NCBI GenBank assembly: GCA_005778225.1
Contig: SXPC01000069.1
Span: forward strand, 3,806 to 67,805
DNA from: Planctomyces sp.
GTDB lineage: Bacteria; Planctomycetota; Planctomycetia; Planctomycetales; Planctomycetaceae
DNA: 64,000 nucleotides
Reading direction: 5' to 3'
Under the pieces are notes generated by a model, which ran no database searches, had not been told where the DNA came from, and was given only the letters and a program-made list of their open reading frames with translations. Both the position numbers and the translations under genes were made by a program. Below are positions 1 through 9,807 of the stretch, piece by piece. Each line of letters begins with the position of its first letter. Within the stretch, counting starts at the first letter, position 1.

Positions 1-31
1 GGAGAGTCATTGCCCCGTACTGCGGGGCTCA

Positions 32-196
32 CTAGACAGTAGCGCGTCGTCCAAAGATCAGGGACACAATGAACATGATCAGGAAGACAAAGAACAGAAT
101 CTTTGCAATTCCCGCAGATGTCCCTGCAACACCCCCGAAACCCAAAGCCGCAGCAATCAAAGCAATCACAAGAAAAGTCAGTGCCCAGCTCAACAT
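32..196 (-). CDS. DUF1328 family small membrane protein (54 aa)
   Basis: Translated by hand: [54 protein letters not shown]; AAGGAG RBS; too short for the ORF track. Confidence 0.9.
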   Translation of the reverse strand: MLSWALTFLVIALIAAALGFGGVAGTSAGIAKILFFVFLIMFIVSLIFGRRATV

Positions 197-262
197 GGTA
201 AGCTCCTTTTGAAGAATTAGCCGATCGGGAGTATTGATTCGCTCCCACGCTGGAGACTGTTA

Positions 263-278
263 TGCGAACTCTGTGCCA
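263..278 (-). promoter_or_regulatory. sigma54 (-24/-12) promoter for DUF1328 gene
   Basis: Minus strand TGGCACAGAGTTCGCA = GG-N10-GC. Confidence 0.65.
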
Positions 279-402
279 AAACGCGATGGGGTAATTCAAA
301 CAAGCGAATCTGGTCTCACAATCCTCTCATCTACTCCTTATCTATCTAGAGAGGATCGCAATCGCTTGATGTTCTATCAGTCACCGATCCCGAGAACCTA
401 AG

Positions 403-425
403 AATTGCTCGCTGCGCGAGCAATT
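403..425. promoter_or_regulatory. Perfect inverted repeat, candidate enhancer-binding-protein site
   Basis: AATTGCTCGC-tgc-GCGAGCAATT midway between two divergent sigma54 motifs. Confidence 0.4.
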
Positions 426-545
426 GAGTGATCTTGCTCGCTGTCCCCGCGTTCTCATCTGGCGTCGACGCAAATCTCTGTCAAATCACTGTTTGATTGA
501 CCTGATTTGTTAAAGAAGTCACCGAAAACCAAGTGTCTGATTGCA

Positions 546-560
546 TGGCATACGAATTGC
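546..560 (+). promoter_or_regulatory. sigma54 (-24/-12) promoter for csbD operon
   Basis: TGGCATACGAATTGC = GG-N10-GC, 60 nt upstream of ATG at 620. Confidence 0.7.
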
Positions 561-619
561 GTCAGTATGAATGCGTGGTTTACGCCTTCACGAACACGAC
601 ACTCTATTTGGAGACAGAA

Positions 620-1042
620 ATGATTACACGCGAACAACTGCAAGGCCAATGGAACCAAGTCAAAGGTCAGATCCGAGAGAAGTGGGGACAATTCAGTGAC
701 GATGATCTCCAGCGGTTCCAGGGGAATGGTGAGCAGCTCGTTGGCATGATCCAAGAGAAAACTGGCGCGACTCGTCAGGAGATCGAGCGTTTCCTCGACT
801 CGACCATGCAAGCCGGTAGCAGCTACATCAGCGCCGCCGCTGAGCGAACCGCACAATACACCGACCAGGCTCGTAAGCAAGTTCAACAGGGTTACGACCA
901 GGCCCGTCAACAAGTTGCACAGGGCTACGATCAGGCACAACAAACCGTTCGAGCCCGTCCAATGGAATCTCTCACCGCTGCATTCGGTGCAGGGATCGTT
1001 GCAGGAGTTCTGGTCGGGCTGCTGCTCACGCCTCGTCGCTAA
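620..1042 (+). CDS. csbD: CsbD family stress protein with C-terminal membrane anchor
   Basis: LQGQWNQVKGQIREKWGQFSDDDL motif; GGAG RBS before ATG 620. Confidence 0.85.
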   Translation: MITREQLQGQWNQVKGQIREKWGQFSDDDLQRFQGNGEQLVGMIQEKTGATRQEIERFLDSTMQAGSSYISAAAERTAQYTDQARKQVQQGYDQARQQVAQGYDQAQQTVRARPMESLTAAFGAGIVAGVLVGLLLTPRR

Positions 1043-1116
1043 TTGCACGCCCCACAAATTATCCAGGGAAGAACACTTTCAGCTATTGAGCTGACAACGA
1101 ATTAAGGAGCCTTATT

Positions 1117-1413
1117 ATGGTTACGAAATCAGAAAAGCCAAACGGTATTTACGAATCAGCTCGCCAACAAATGAATCAGGCTGAAGAAGCAATGATGAAT
1201 GCTGGCGAATGTGCGACCGATTATGTTCAGGAGCACCCTGTTTCTACCGTTCTCACTACCTTCGCGATCGGCATGGTCGCTGGAACATGTCTGGTTGCTG
1301 CCCTGATGCAGTCAGCAGCACCGAAGCGAACCTGGCGAGACGACGCCTACGATTGGGGCAGCAGCATGACTGACCGAGTGAAGCGATACGTCCCTGACCT
1401 GCACCGCAGCTGA
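1117..1413 (+). CDS. ElaB/YqjD (DUF883)-like membrane protein
   Basis: DYVQEHPVSTVLTTFAIGMVAG motif; AAGGAG RBS. Confidence 0.6.
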   Translation: MVTKSEKPNGIYESARQQMNQAEEAMMNAGECATDYVQEHPVSTVLTTFAIGMVAGTCLVAALMQSAAPKRTWRDDAYDWGSSMTDRVKRYVPDLHRS

Positions 1414-1473
1414 TCGATCCTCGAATTGCCGTTGTGCTAACTTCAAGATGAACTTCCAGACTCAGGAACGAAA

Positions 1474-1911
1474 ATGACGCAGATCACCGAAGCGGATCTC
1501 ATTCGTCAGAAAATGCGTCGCATCCGTCATAAGATGGATGACGATGTCGAAGGTCTTGTCCAGAATGCTTCCAAGCTGATGGACTACCATTACTATCTGA
1601 CGAACTATCCTTGGGCGACGCTCGGCGCCGCAGCGGTCATCGGGTATCTGCTCGTGCCGTCGTCATCGCCGAAGCCGCAGGAGACCAAGCTTCATCTCGA
1701 TCCTGAGCAGTTGGAACATATCATTGAACGCCAGGGAATCGTCGTCCAGACCAAAAATGCTGCTGAAAAGAAGCAAACGGTTCGCTCGACAATCTTCGGC
1801 TGGCTGGCAAGAACGGCTGTCAATGCAGCGCTTGCGTACGGGACGGTCTACGTTGATCAGGCCGTCCATGGTATTGTCGGCTCCAATGCAGAGAAGAGTA
1901 TCAAGCCATGA
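1474..1911 (+). CDS. Hypothetical membrane protein (DUF3618/YqjK-like)
   Basis: YPWATLGAAAVIGYLL segment; operon context. Confidence 0.55.
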   Translation: MTQITEADLIRQKMRRIRHKMDDDVEGLVQNASKLMDYHYYLTNYPWATLGAAAVIGYLLVPSSSPKPQETKLHLDPEQLEHIIERQGIVVQTKNAAEKKQTVRSTIFGWLARTAVNAALAYGTVYVDQAVHGIVGSNAEKSIKP

Positions 1912-2123
1912 TTACACACCGATTCTCCGGAGAACCAGGCGATCCTCAAGTCCGGGTCGCCCAACAACGTCAACGACCACAAACGCAACAGTCCTCATCG
2001 ACTAGTTTCCCGATGAGTGTTCAGGACATGGAAAAATGGGTCAAACAACATCAACTGGTCAGCCTCTCCGTAGCGGTCATCCTGGGGGTGAGCGTCGGAT
2101 GGATGATCAAGCGAAGATGGTAG
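1908..2123 (+). CDS. Small tail-anchored membrane protein
   Basis: ATGA overlap with upstream gene; C-terminal TM followed by KRRW. Confidence 0.6.
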   Translation: MITHRFSGEPGDPQVRVAQQRQRPQTQQSSSTSFPMSVQDMEKWVKQHQLVSLSVAVILGVSVGWMIKRRW

Positions 2124-2563
2124 ACGAAACAAAGGACCCGAAGGCCAAACAAGTCGTGGGCAATGTTCGCCGCAATGCGGTCGAACTCGTTCGCGACGTC
2201 GTGAAGCTGTTTGATCTACAGCTGCAGCTGGCTTACGTGGACCTTCAGGACTTCTTCCGTCGTACCCGTTTGACTCTTTTGGCAATCACGATCTGCTCCA
2301 TTGGACTGGTAGCCTCGACTCCCATCTTTTTGATGAGTCTGGCGCAACTGGTTCAACGGACGTGGAATCTGAGAATGGAAACCGCCCTCTTCATTGTCGG
2401 AGGAGCAGCGGCTTTGATGTTTTCATTGATCCTATGGATTGCGGTGAAGCGTTTAACAAAGGCGTCCCGCGTTCTTGGGCGATCAGTCGATGAGATGAGC
2501 CAGAATTTAGCCTGGCTGCGAGAGATTCTGTATAAGGACGAAGAAGGGAAGTCGGAAGACTAA
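2117..2563 (+). CDS. YqjE/'phage holin family' two-TM protein (host stress operon)
   Basis: Two TM helices, LFDLQLQLAYVDL motif; ElaB-YqjE-like context. Confidence 0.65.
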   Translation: MVDETKDPKAKQVVGNVRRNAVELVRDVVKLFDLQLQLAYVDLQDFFRRTRLTLLAITICSIGLVASTPIFLMSLAQLVQRTWNLRMETALFIVGGAAALMFSLILWIAVKRLTKASRVLGRSVDEMSQNLAWLREILYKDEEGKSED

Positions 2564-2620
2564 CCTCCCAGACCCCACACGGATCATTTTAAGTTTGCAA
2601 CATCCACAAGGAGCATTGAT

Positions 2621-2812
2621 ATGCCAACTTCTGAATCAACGTATTACGAAAAGCAGGGCCCGTCGTTCAGTTCAGCCCAACAGAACGAACTTCGCCCCGT
2701 CCCCGATCTGGTGACGTACCTCAAAGATTATGCTAAAGCGAATCCTGAGCAGGCGGCCCTATGGATCTTCGGGGCTGGCTTCATTCTCGGATGGAAGCTG
2801 AAACCCTGGTAA
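2621..2812 (+). CDS. Small membrane protein
   Basis: AAGGAG RBS; YAKANPEQAALWIFGAGFILGWKLKPW. Confidence 0.65.
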   Translation: MPTSESTYYEKQGPSFSSAQQNELRPVPDLVTYLKDYAKANPEQAALWIFGAGFILGWKLKPW

Positions 2813-3025
2813 CGGCTCCTTTTGCTGTGCCCTGAAACTGGCTTCAATAACAATCATTCGGTCGGCGATCAGCAAAACCGTCAACGCACGATGCTCAAGA
2901 TTTCACCTGAGATCTTGAGCATTTTTTGCATCCCCACCAAGTCCATCTCACACATCCTTCTCGTGACATGCGAACTGGAAACGGGTACATTCAGAACCTG
3001 AGATCTCGCTCGCATAGGAACATTC

Positions 3026-3943
3026 ATGAACTCTGCTACAAATTCGTCGTCCTCGGTTGGTCCGCGAACGAATGCCGCTGAACTGCTCATGGTCGAGTCC
3101 GTTTTAATCGCTGTTACTCGCATCACAACTTATGCTCGAGGTCAGTTGCTGACGAACGCGACCGGCTTTTTCTTCGAGCGCGACGGCAGACTATTCGTGA
3201 TTACGAACCGCCACGTCGTCATTTCGGAATCAACGGGACACCGCCCTGATCGAATTGACCTCGAACTTCACGTCAACGAAAAGAACATTGCAGAAGTCGC
3301 CTCTCAATCCATTCCGCTCTACAACAATGGCCAGCCAGTCTGGCGACAGGCACAGGATACGTCCGGGCTGGTCGATGTCGTCGCGATCGAAATCAATCGT
3401 TCCACACTCCCTTCCTCCTTTGTTTTCTATGCCTTCAACATGGAAAACCTGGTGGTCAAGATGGACGTCATAGAAGTGGGAACGCCGCTTCTGATCGTTG
3501 GCTTTCCCCTCGGCTTCCACGATACGCTGCATCACCTTCCCGTCGCGCGCCAAGCGATTATCTCATCCGCATTCGGGCTGCGTTTTCAGGGCCTGGGATA
3601 CTTCCTCACGGATGCCCGTCTTCATCGAGGCACCAGCGGTGCACCGGTCGTCACACGTTCGACACGTCAATCCGGACGCAACCAGCTTCCCTTCCTGTTG
3701 CTGGGCGTTCACTCCGCGCGACTGGATGCAGTCTATGATCTCAATCAGGATGAACGCCTCGCGCTGAACGTCGCCTGGTATTCAGACGTCTTGAGTGTCC
3801 TGACAGATCCCAACGCCCTCACGGCCCCCATGCCAGATGCACCAAAGACAGACTCTTCCGGCACTCCAGCAGGAAAGCAACCAGCTGCCAAGGGGCAACC
3901 CCAAAAGCCAGCCGAACCGATGGCCACCCAGCCAGTTCCTTAA
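3026..3943 (+). CDS. Trypsin-like serine protease
   Basis: TNRHV (His), D, GTSGAPV (Ser) motifs. Confidence 0.8.
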   Translation: MNSATNSSSSVGPRTNAAELLMVESVLIAVTRITTYARGQLLTNATGFFFERDGRLFVITNRHVVISESTGHRPDRIDLELHVNEKNIAEVASQSIPLYNNGQPVWRQAQDTSGLVDVVAIEINRSTLPSSFVFYAFNMENLVVKMDVIEVGTPLLIVGFPLGFHDTLHHLPVARQAIISSAFGLRFQGLGYFLTDARLHRGTSGAPVVTRSTRQSGRNQLPFLLLGVHSARLDAVYDLNQDERLALNVAWYSDVLSVLTDPNALTAPMPDAPKTDSSGTPAGKQPAAKGQPQKPAEPMATQPVP

Positions 3944-5412
3944 GCCAGAATGTCGTGCACGACTTTGGCGGGCTTCACACCCGTCAGTTTCTGGTTGAGC
4001 CCCTGGTAGTAGTACGACAGCTTGCTGTGATCCATGCCGAGCATGTGAAGCAGGGTCGCATGGAAATCACGTAGCGGAACCGGGTTGGAAGCCGCCGTAT
4101 AGCCCAGGTCATCCAGCTCTCCGTACGAATACCCGGGCTTCACGCCACCGCCGGCCATCCACAAGGTAAACGCAGCCGGGTTGTGATCACGGCCGACGAG
4201 AGGCATTTTCGTCCCACCCCGATTCTCTCGCATGGGCGTACGACCAAACTCGCCACTCCAGACGACGAGCGTGTCTTTGAGCATGTCACGCTGCTTCAGA
4301 TCAGTCAGCAAAGCGGAAATCGGCTGGTCAATGTCTTGACACTTGTTGCTGAACCCGCCATTGATCGCTTCATCTTTGTCCGCGCCGTGCGAGTCCCAGC
4401 CCCAGTCGAAGAGTTGAATGTAACGCACACCCGACTCGACCAGACGACGGGCCAACAAGCAATTGTTCGCGAAGGATTCTGCGCCTGGTTTGGACCCGTA
4501 CAGTTGATGAATTGCTTCAGGCTCTGTCGAGATATCCACAACTTCCGGCATGGCCGCCTGCATGCGATAGGCCATCTCGTACTGCGAAATTCTCGTCAGC
4601 GTTTCCGGGTCCTGGAATGTCTCATACGACTCCTGATTCAAAGACGCCAGCGCATCGAGCATGTCACGTCGAACTTCGCGCGAAACATTGTCCGGGTTCG
4701 ACATATTCAAGATCGCGTCACCTTTTGAGCGACACTGCACACCCTGATAAACGGATGGAAGAAACCCAGATCCCCAGAGGGCGTTCCCAGCCCGCGGCGA
4801 TCGTCCTCCAGACAGCAGCACGATAAACCCAGGCAGATTCTCATTGGCATTCCCCAGACCCCACGTCGTCCAGGCACCAATGGAAGGGTACCCCATGCGG
4901 GCTTGTCCCGTGTGAACCATCAACTCAGCAGGCCCGTGATTGAACTGATCCGTTTCCATCGTGCGGATGAAACACAGATCATCAACGTGCTTGGCCAAAT
5001 GAGGAAGTCGATCAGACATCCAGGCTCCGCACTGACCATGCTGTTTGAACGGAAACTGCGGACCGAGAAGCTGAGGCGTGCCTTGAATGAACGCAAACCG
5101 TCGCCCCTCCAGATACTTCTGCGGACAGTCCTTACCATCATACTTGACGAGTTCGGGACGATATTCAAACAGATCCAACTGACTGGGGGCACCGACCATG
5201 TGCAGATAAATGACCGACTTCACCCGTGCAGAATGCGTGATGGCCGAAACTGCGTTTTCAGACGCGAGGACGCGGTCGCCCATTGTCTGCGAAGCCAGCC
5301 ACGCCGCTCCCAGTCCAGTCGTGCAGTCACGCAGGAAATGTCGACGGGTAGTCAGCTCGATCTGTTGTCGGGCCAGTTCTTGAGGAATCGTCAGACGGTT
5401 CATCGTAGTCAT
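3940..5412 (-). CDS. DUF1501 (sulfatase-like) protein
   Basis: RRHFL leader, GAPSQLDLF, WDSH, GEFGRTP, GRDH motifs. Confidence 0.9.
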   Translation of the reverse strand: MTTMNRLTIPQELARQQIELTTRRHFLRDCTTGLGAAWLASQTMGDRVLASENAVSAITHSARVKSVIYLHMVGAPSQLDLFEYRPELVKYDGKDCPQKYLEGRRFAFIQGTPQLLGPQFPFKQHGQCGAWMSDRLPHLAKHVDDLCFIRTMETDQFNHGPAELMVHTGQARMGYPSIGAWTTWGLGNANENLPGFIVLLSGGRSPRAGNALWGSGFLPSVYQGVQCRSKGDAILNMSNPDNVSREVRRDMLDALASLNQESYETFQDPETLTRISQYEMAYRMQAAMPEVVDISTEPEAIHQLYGSKPGAESFANNCLLARRLVESGVRYIQLFDWGWDSHGADKDEAINGGFSNKCQDIDQPISALLTDLKQRDMLKDTLVVWSGEFGRTPMRENRGGTKMPLVGRDHNPAAFTLWMAGGGVKPGYSYGELDDLGYTAASNPVPLRDFHATLLHMLGMDHSKLSYYYQGLNQKLTGVKPAKVVHDILA

Positions 5413-8319
5413 TTACCTCGTCATGATTTCATCAAGATTGAGTAGAATCGTGGCGATGGATGTCAACGCCAGCTGAGCATTCGACTTCTCGCGGATCCGC
5501 TCGTAGGTTGCTTTAAGCGTCGCGACTTCTTCCGGCTTTGGATCACGTCCAGTGACGTTGACGAACCCAAAATGGATTTGCTCTTCAATGTGGTCGTTGC
5601 TGGACGTCATCCGCGCCGCGAGTGCCTGCGAACATTCATTGAACGACTCACTGTTGAGAGTCATCAAAGACTGCAACGGCGTGTTGGATCGCAAACGACG
5701 AGGAGCGCAGAACTCTCGCGTCGGTGCATCAAAGGCTGCAAAGAGCGGATACTGGATACTGCGTTTGACGTACGTATAAATCGATCGTCGGTAACGCTGC
5801 GGATCTCCTGGTGGAGGAGTTTCCCACTTATCGCTAGCCTTGAATGGAGTCCAGACCCCAGCCGCCAGCGGTGGATAACACGGCGGTCCATGAACGTCTC
5901 GATTTAACAACCCACTGGCCGCAAGTGCCTGATCGCGCACCATCTCGGCAGACAGCGTCTGTCGTGGACCACGGGCGAAAAGAACGTTGGCCGCATCATC
6001 CAGATCAGTTCGCATCTTGGAACTCTGACGATACGTCGATGAGAGAATCAGCTCACGAATCAACGCCTTGTGTGACCACTGTAGATCTGTTTGAAAACGA
6101 ACCGCGAGGTCATCAAGCAGATCAGGATGTGATGGCAGTTCGCCAGACGATCCAAAGTCTTCTTCTGTCGCGACCAAACCATGCCCAAACAACTGGGCCC
6201 AGACACGATTGACGGCGACGCGAGCCGTCAGCGGATTCTCTGGACTCGCGATCCACTTCGCCAGATCCAGCCGACTGGCTTTCCCATCGACCTGCATCGG
6301 CGGCAGTGATTCGGGAACCCCCGGTTGCACTTCCTCCCCTTTGGTCAGAAACGATCCGCGAATGAAGAGATGTGATGGGCGAGCGAACTCGTTCTGACGT
6401 TCTGCCAGGACTGGTACTGTTGTCGATTTCAGTTTGTTTTGTTGTGCTGTGAGATCCTTGATCTCCTTTTCCAGCGCCGTGAACTCACCAGCTTTCCCAA
6501 CATCCAGAACCTGTGGATCATCCGTCACCGCAAGATGCCCACGTCGACTCACCAGAGCAAACGAGGCGAGAATCCAGATCCGATGCTTCAACTTGACGGT
6601 GATTGTCGAGCCTGCGGGAATTTCGGTCACATCTTTCAGGACGAATGCGGCCTGTCTAGGCTGATTGATCCGAGAGTATGCCGAGAAACCAGCAGCGTTG
6701 TCATTCAGGCTGTCGTTTGGATTGTGAATCGGGAACGGTTCATCGGCGATCACACGGGCGATATCGAGTTTAAGAGGTGCGTCATCCTCCGGCGTATTCA
6801 GGTAAGCTTCCATCTGCGAAAGGACGAATCCCCATTCCGAATCGGAAACCGCCTTCACCGGGTCCAGCGGGAGAACCGTTAAACGAACCGCCGTCAGCGA
6901 CGTCATGTCAACGGGAAGCTTGGAGGTCAGCGTGATATCGGTATCACGAACCAGTGTCCCCGACGTGTAAAACTCATCGTGATCTTCTTTGCGATCAATG
7001 TTGATTTGTGTCGCGGTTGAGGAAGCAACTTCATCCAGTCGCAAACTTTTCCACGCAGGATTCGTGACGGACGTTGCAAACTGCTTGTTCCAGAGTTCCT
7101 GCTTTTTGGATGTCAGTTTTTTCCAGAGTTCTGTCGCCTGCTCATGGTCCGCAGGATTCACGGGCACCTTCAAAGTCGGCCAGTCTTCATTCAAATCCAT
7201 ATCGACCGTGTTGTTGAAAAACGCAGTGAACTGGTAGAACTCTTCATGTTTGATCGGATCATAGGGATGCGAATGGCATTGGACGCAGCCAAACGTGATC
7301 CCCTGCCACGCCTGCCACGTCGTGCTGACGCGATCGAGCACCGCCGCGATACGAAACTCTTCATCGTCGGTCCCGCCTTCTTCGTTGGATTGGGTCAACC
7401 GGTGAACAGCGGTCGCGATCTGATCATCAATCGTCGCATCGGGCAGAAGATCTCCTGCGATCTGTTTCATCGTGAACTGGTCATACGGCATGTCTTGATT
7501 GAACGCATCGATCACCCAGTCGCGGTACTTCCAGATCGAGCGATACCCATCCAGCCCGAGTCCCATCGAGTCCGCATACCGGACCTGATCCAGCCAGACC
7601 GACGCCCAGCGCTCCCCAAAGTGAGGAGACGACAGTAACGCATCAACAGCATGTTCACGGGCAACGGTCGGATTTTGTACGTACTCTTTAATGAACGTCT
7701 CGCGCAGTTCGGTCGTCGCGGGCAGTCCCGTAATGTCCATCGCAGCACGTCGCAGCCAGCGCAGAGGAATCTCATCGGCGGCAGGTTGTACGCCAGCGGT
7801 CTCAATCTTCGACAGAATGAAAGCATCAACCGGCTGACATGGCCACGCAGCATTTTTCACAGGGGGAAGTTCGGCTCGCTCTGGTTTTTCAAAGGCCCAG
7901 GGGGCTTTCCAATTCGCGCCTTGCTTGATCCAGCGTTTGAGAAGTTCGACTTCCTTTTCAGACAGACGAGGGCCATGCTCAGCCGGCGGCATCCGCTCAT
8001 CATCACCTGCGAGCACCCGTTCCAGCAGGTAGGACGAGTCCGGATCACCCGGTTCAATCACCTGCATCGCTTTTTCTGCATAGACGAACGACAGATCTCC
8101 TGCCTGCTTGACACCTCCATGACAGGCGGTGCAGTGTCGGGTCAGCAGCGGGCGAATCTCTTCGTTAAACCGGACTTTCGTCTCTACCGGCATATTTTCT
8201 TCGGCGTTCGCAGAGAGCATGCAAGCCATCACAGCGAGCGATGCAAAGGATCTCAGTAATGTCTGTCGAAGCCATTTGCTCATGATGCCATTGTCTCCAC
8301 CAGTCGCAGCGGATGCCAA
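5413..8319 (-). CDS. Planctomycete cytochrome c / DUF1549 / DUF1553 protein
   Basis: CTACH and CVQCHSHPYDPI; NPLTARVAVNRVW; start may be ~8283. Confidence 0.9.
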   Translation of the reverse strand: MASAATGGDNGIMSKWLRQTLLRSFASLAVMACMLSANAEENMPVETKVRFNEEIRPLLTRHCTACHGGVKQAGDLSFVYAEKAMQVIEPGDPDSSYLLERVLAGDDERMPPAEHGPRLSEKEVELLKRWIKQGANWKAPWAFEKPERAELPPVKNAAWPCQPVDAFILSKIETAGVQPAADEIPLRWLRRAAMDITGLPATTELRETFIKEYVQNPTVAREHAVDALLSSPHFGERWASVWLDQVRYADSMGLGLDGYRSIWKYRDWVIDAFNQDMPYDQFTMKQIAGDLLPDATIDDQIATAVHRLTQSNEEGGTDDEEFRIAAVLDRVSTTWQAWQGITFGCVQCHSHPYDPIKHEEFYQFTAFFNNTVDMDLNEDWPTLKVPVNPADHEQATELWKKLTSKKQELWNKQFATSVTNPAWKSLRLDEVASSTATQINIDRKEDHDEFYTSGTLVRDTDITLTSKLPVDMTSLTAVRLTVLPLDPVKAVSDSEWGFVLSQMEAYLNTPEDDAPLKLDIARVIADEPFPIHNPNDSLNDNAAGFSAYSRINQPRQAAFVLKDVTEIPAGSTITVKLKHRIWILASFALVSRRGHLAVTDDPQVLDVGKAGEFTALEKEIKDLTAQQNKLKSTTVPVLAERQNEFARPSHLFIRGSFLTKGEEVQPGVPESLPPMQVDGKASRLDLAKWIASPENPLTARVAVNRVWAQLFGHGLVATEEDFGSSGELPSHPDLLDDLAVRFQTDLQWSHKALIRELILSSTYRQSSKMRTDLDDAANVLFARGPRQTLSAEMVRDQALAASGLLNRDVHGPPCYPPLAAGVWTPFKASDKWETPPPGDPQRYRRSIYTYVKRSIQYPLFAAFDAPTREFCAPRRLRSNTPLQSLMTLNSESFNECSQALAARMTSSNDHIEEQIHFGFVNVTGRDPKPEEVATLKATYERIREKSNAQLALTSIATILLNLDEIMTR

Positions 8320-8331
8320 CGTGTTTTCTGC

Positions 8332-9807
8332 TCACAAAAGTATTCTCTCGATGATTTTACTCTTCTCGACGCCAGTGAGCTTAAAATCTAAGCCCTGAGT
8401 TCGAAATGTGAACCGTTCATGATCAATTCCCAGCAGATGCATAGCCGTCGCGTGCAAATCGTTCACGTGAACCGGATCCTCGGAAACATTGTAACTGAAA
8501 TCATCCGTCTTGCCGTAAGTCATGCCGGGCTTCACTCCGCCACCGGCCAGCCAGACCGTAAAGCAGCGAGGATGGTGATCCCGCCCCGAAGATGCTGCTT
8601 CCCAGGACTCCCCTTGTGAATAAACAGTACGACCAAACTCACCTCCCCAGATCACCAGCGTGTCCTCTAACAGGCCTCGCTGTTTGAGATCGGTGAGGAG
8701 AGCTGCGGAGGCCTGATCGGTGTCGTCGCAACGGGCCTTGCACCAGCTGGAGAGATTCGAGTGTGAATCCCAGTCAGGATGGAAGAGCTGAATGAATCGG
8801 ACGCCACGTTCTGCCAGACGTCTGGCGAGAATGCAATTGGACGCGTAACTCCCTGCGCGACGAGAATCCTCGCCATACAAAGCAAACGTCGATTCAGGTT
8901 CGTTCGACAAATCCGCCAGCTCGGGAACGCTCGTTTGCATCCGAAACGCCATCTCATACTGCTGAATGCGAGTCGCGATCTCGGGATCATGCGCTTGTTC
9001 GAATTTCAGTTCATTCGCCTGCGCGACAGCATCAAGCATACTGCGTCGCAGTTCACGCGGGAGCCCATTCGGGTCGCGGAGATAAAGGACCGGATCCTTA
9101 GAGTTTCGCAGCTTGACCCCCTGATACTTGCCGGGCAGGAACCCATTCCCCCAATAGTGGTCATACAACGGCTGATCACTGCCGCGCTTCATCTTCGAAA
9201 TCAAAACGACATAGTCCGGCAGATTCTTACACTCCGAACCAAGCCCATAACTGACCCAGCAGCCAAAGCTCGGACGTCCGGGAAGTTGATGCCCTGTCAG
9301 AAACTTCGTCATCGCGGGGGCGTGATTGATCTGGTCGGTCACCATCGATTTGATGAAACAGATCTCATCGGAGACTTTGGCGATATTCGGCAGCCACTCG
9401 CTGACTGTTGCCCCCGACTGGCCGTGCTGGGAAAACTTCGGCACAGCGGGTTTGACCGGCAGACTCTTTTGCCCCTTGGTCATGCCCGTCAGTCGTTGCC
9501 CCCCGCGGACGGACTCCGGCAGATCGGTCCCCGCGAGTTTTTCCAGCAGCGGCTTATGGTCATAAAGATCAATCTGCGACGGCCCGCCAGACTGCGTCAG
9601 AAAAATCACCCGCTTGGCTTTGGCGGCGAAGTGCGGCAGGCCCGGTAAACCGAATCCATCATCTGTTGACGGGCGCAAGGAGTCCGACCCCAATGTCGTT
9701 CGCGTCTGACTTCCACTCAGTAACCCAGCCACCGCCATCCCGCCGAGGTTGAGCCCCGACTGCTGGAGAAACAGACGACGTGATAACTGCATGTCGAAAT
9801 CATTCAT
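8332..9807 (-). CDS. DUF1501 (sulfatase-like) protein
   Basis: SRRLFL leader, GGPSQIDLYD, GEFGRT, GRDHHP; start MNDFDM overlaps upstream stop. Confidence 0.9.
   Translation of the reverse strand: MNDFDMQLSRRLFLQQSGLNLGGMAVAGLLSGSQTRTTLGSDSLRPSTDDGFGLPGLPHFAAKAKRVIFLTQSGGPSQIDLYDHKPLLEKLAGTDLPESVRGGQRLTGMTKGQKSLPVKPAVPKFSQHGQSGATVSEWLPNIAKVSDEICFIKSMVTDQINHAPAMTKFLTGHQLPGRPSFGCWVSYGLGSECKNLPDYVVLISKMKRGSDQPLYDHYWGNGFLPGKYQGVKLRNSKDPVLYLRDPNGLPRELRRSMLDAVAQANELKFEQAHDPEIATRIQQYEMAFRMQTSVPELADLSNEPESTFALYGEDSRRAGSYASNCILARRLAERGVRFIQLFHPDWDSHSNLSSWCKARCDDTDQASAALLTDLKQRGLLEDTLVIWGGEFGRTVYSQGESWEAASSGRDHHPRCFTVWLAGGGVKPGMTYGKTDDFSYNVSEDPVHVNDLHATAMHLLGIDHERFTFRTQGLDFKLTGVEKSKIIERILL

Noticed and set aside
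2117-2563. Phage holin indicating a second prophage
   Set aside because: YqjE-like family in a CsbD/ElaB host stress operon, outside the att sites
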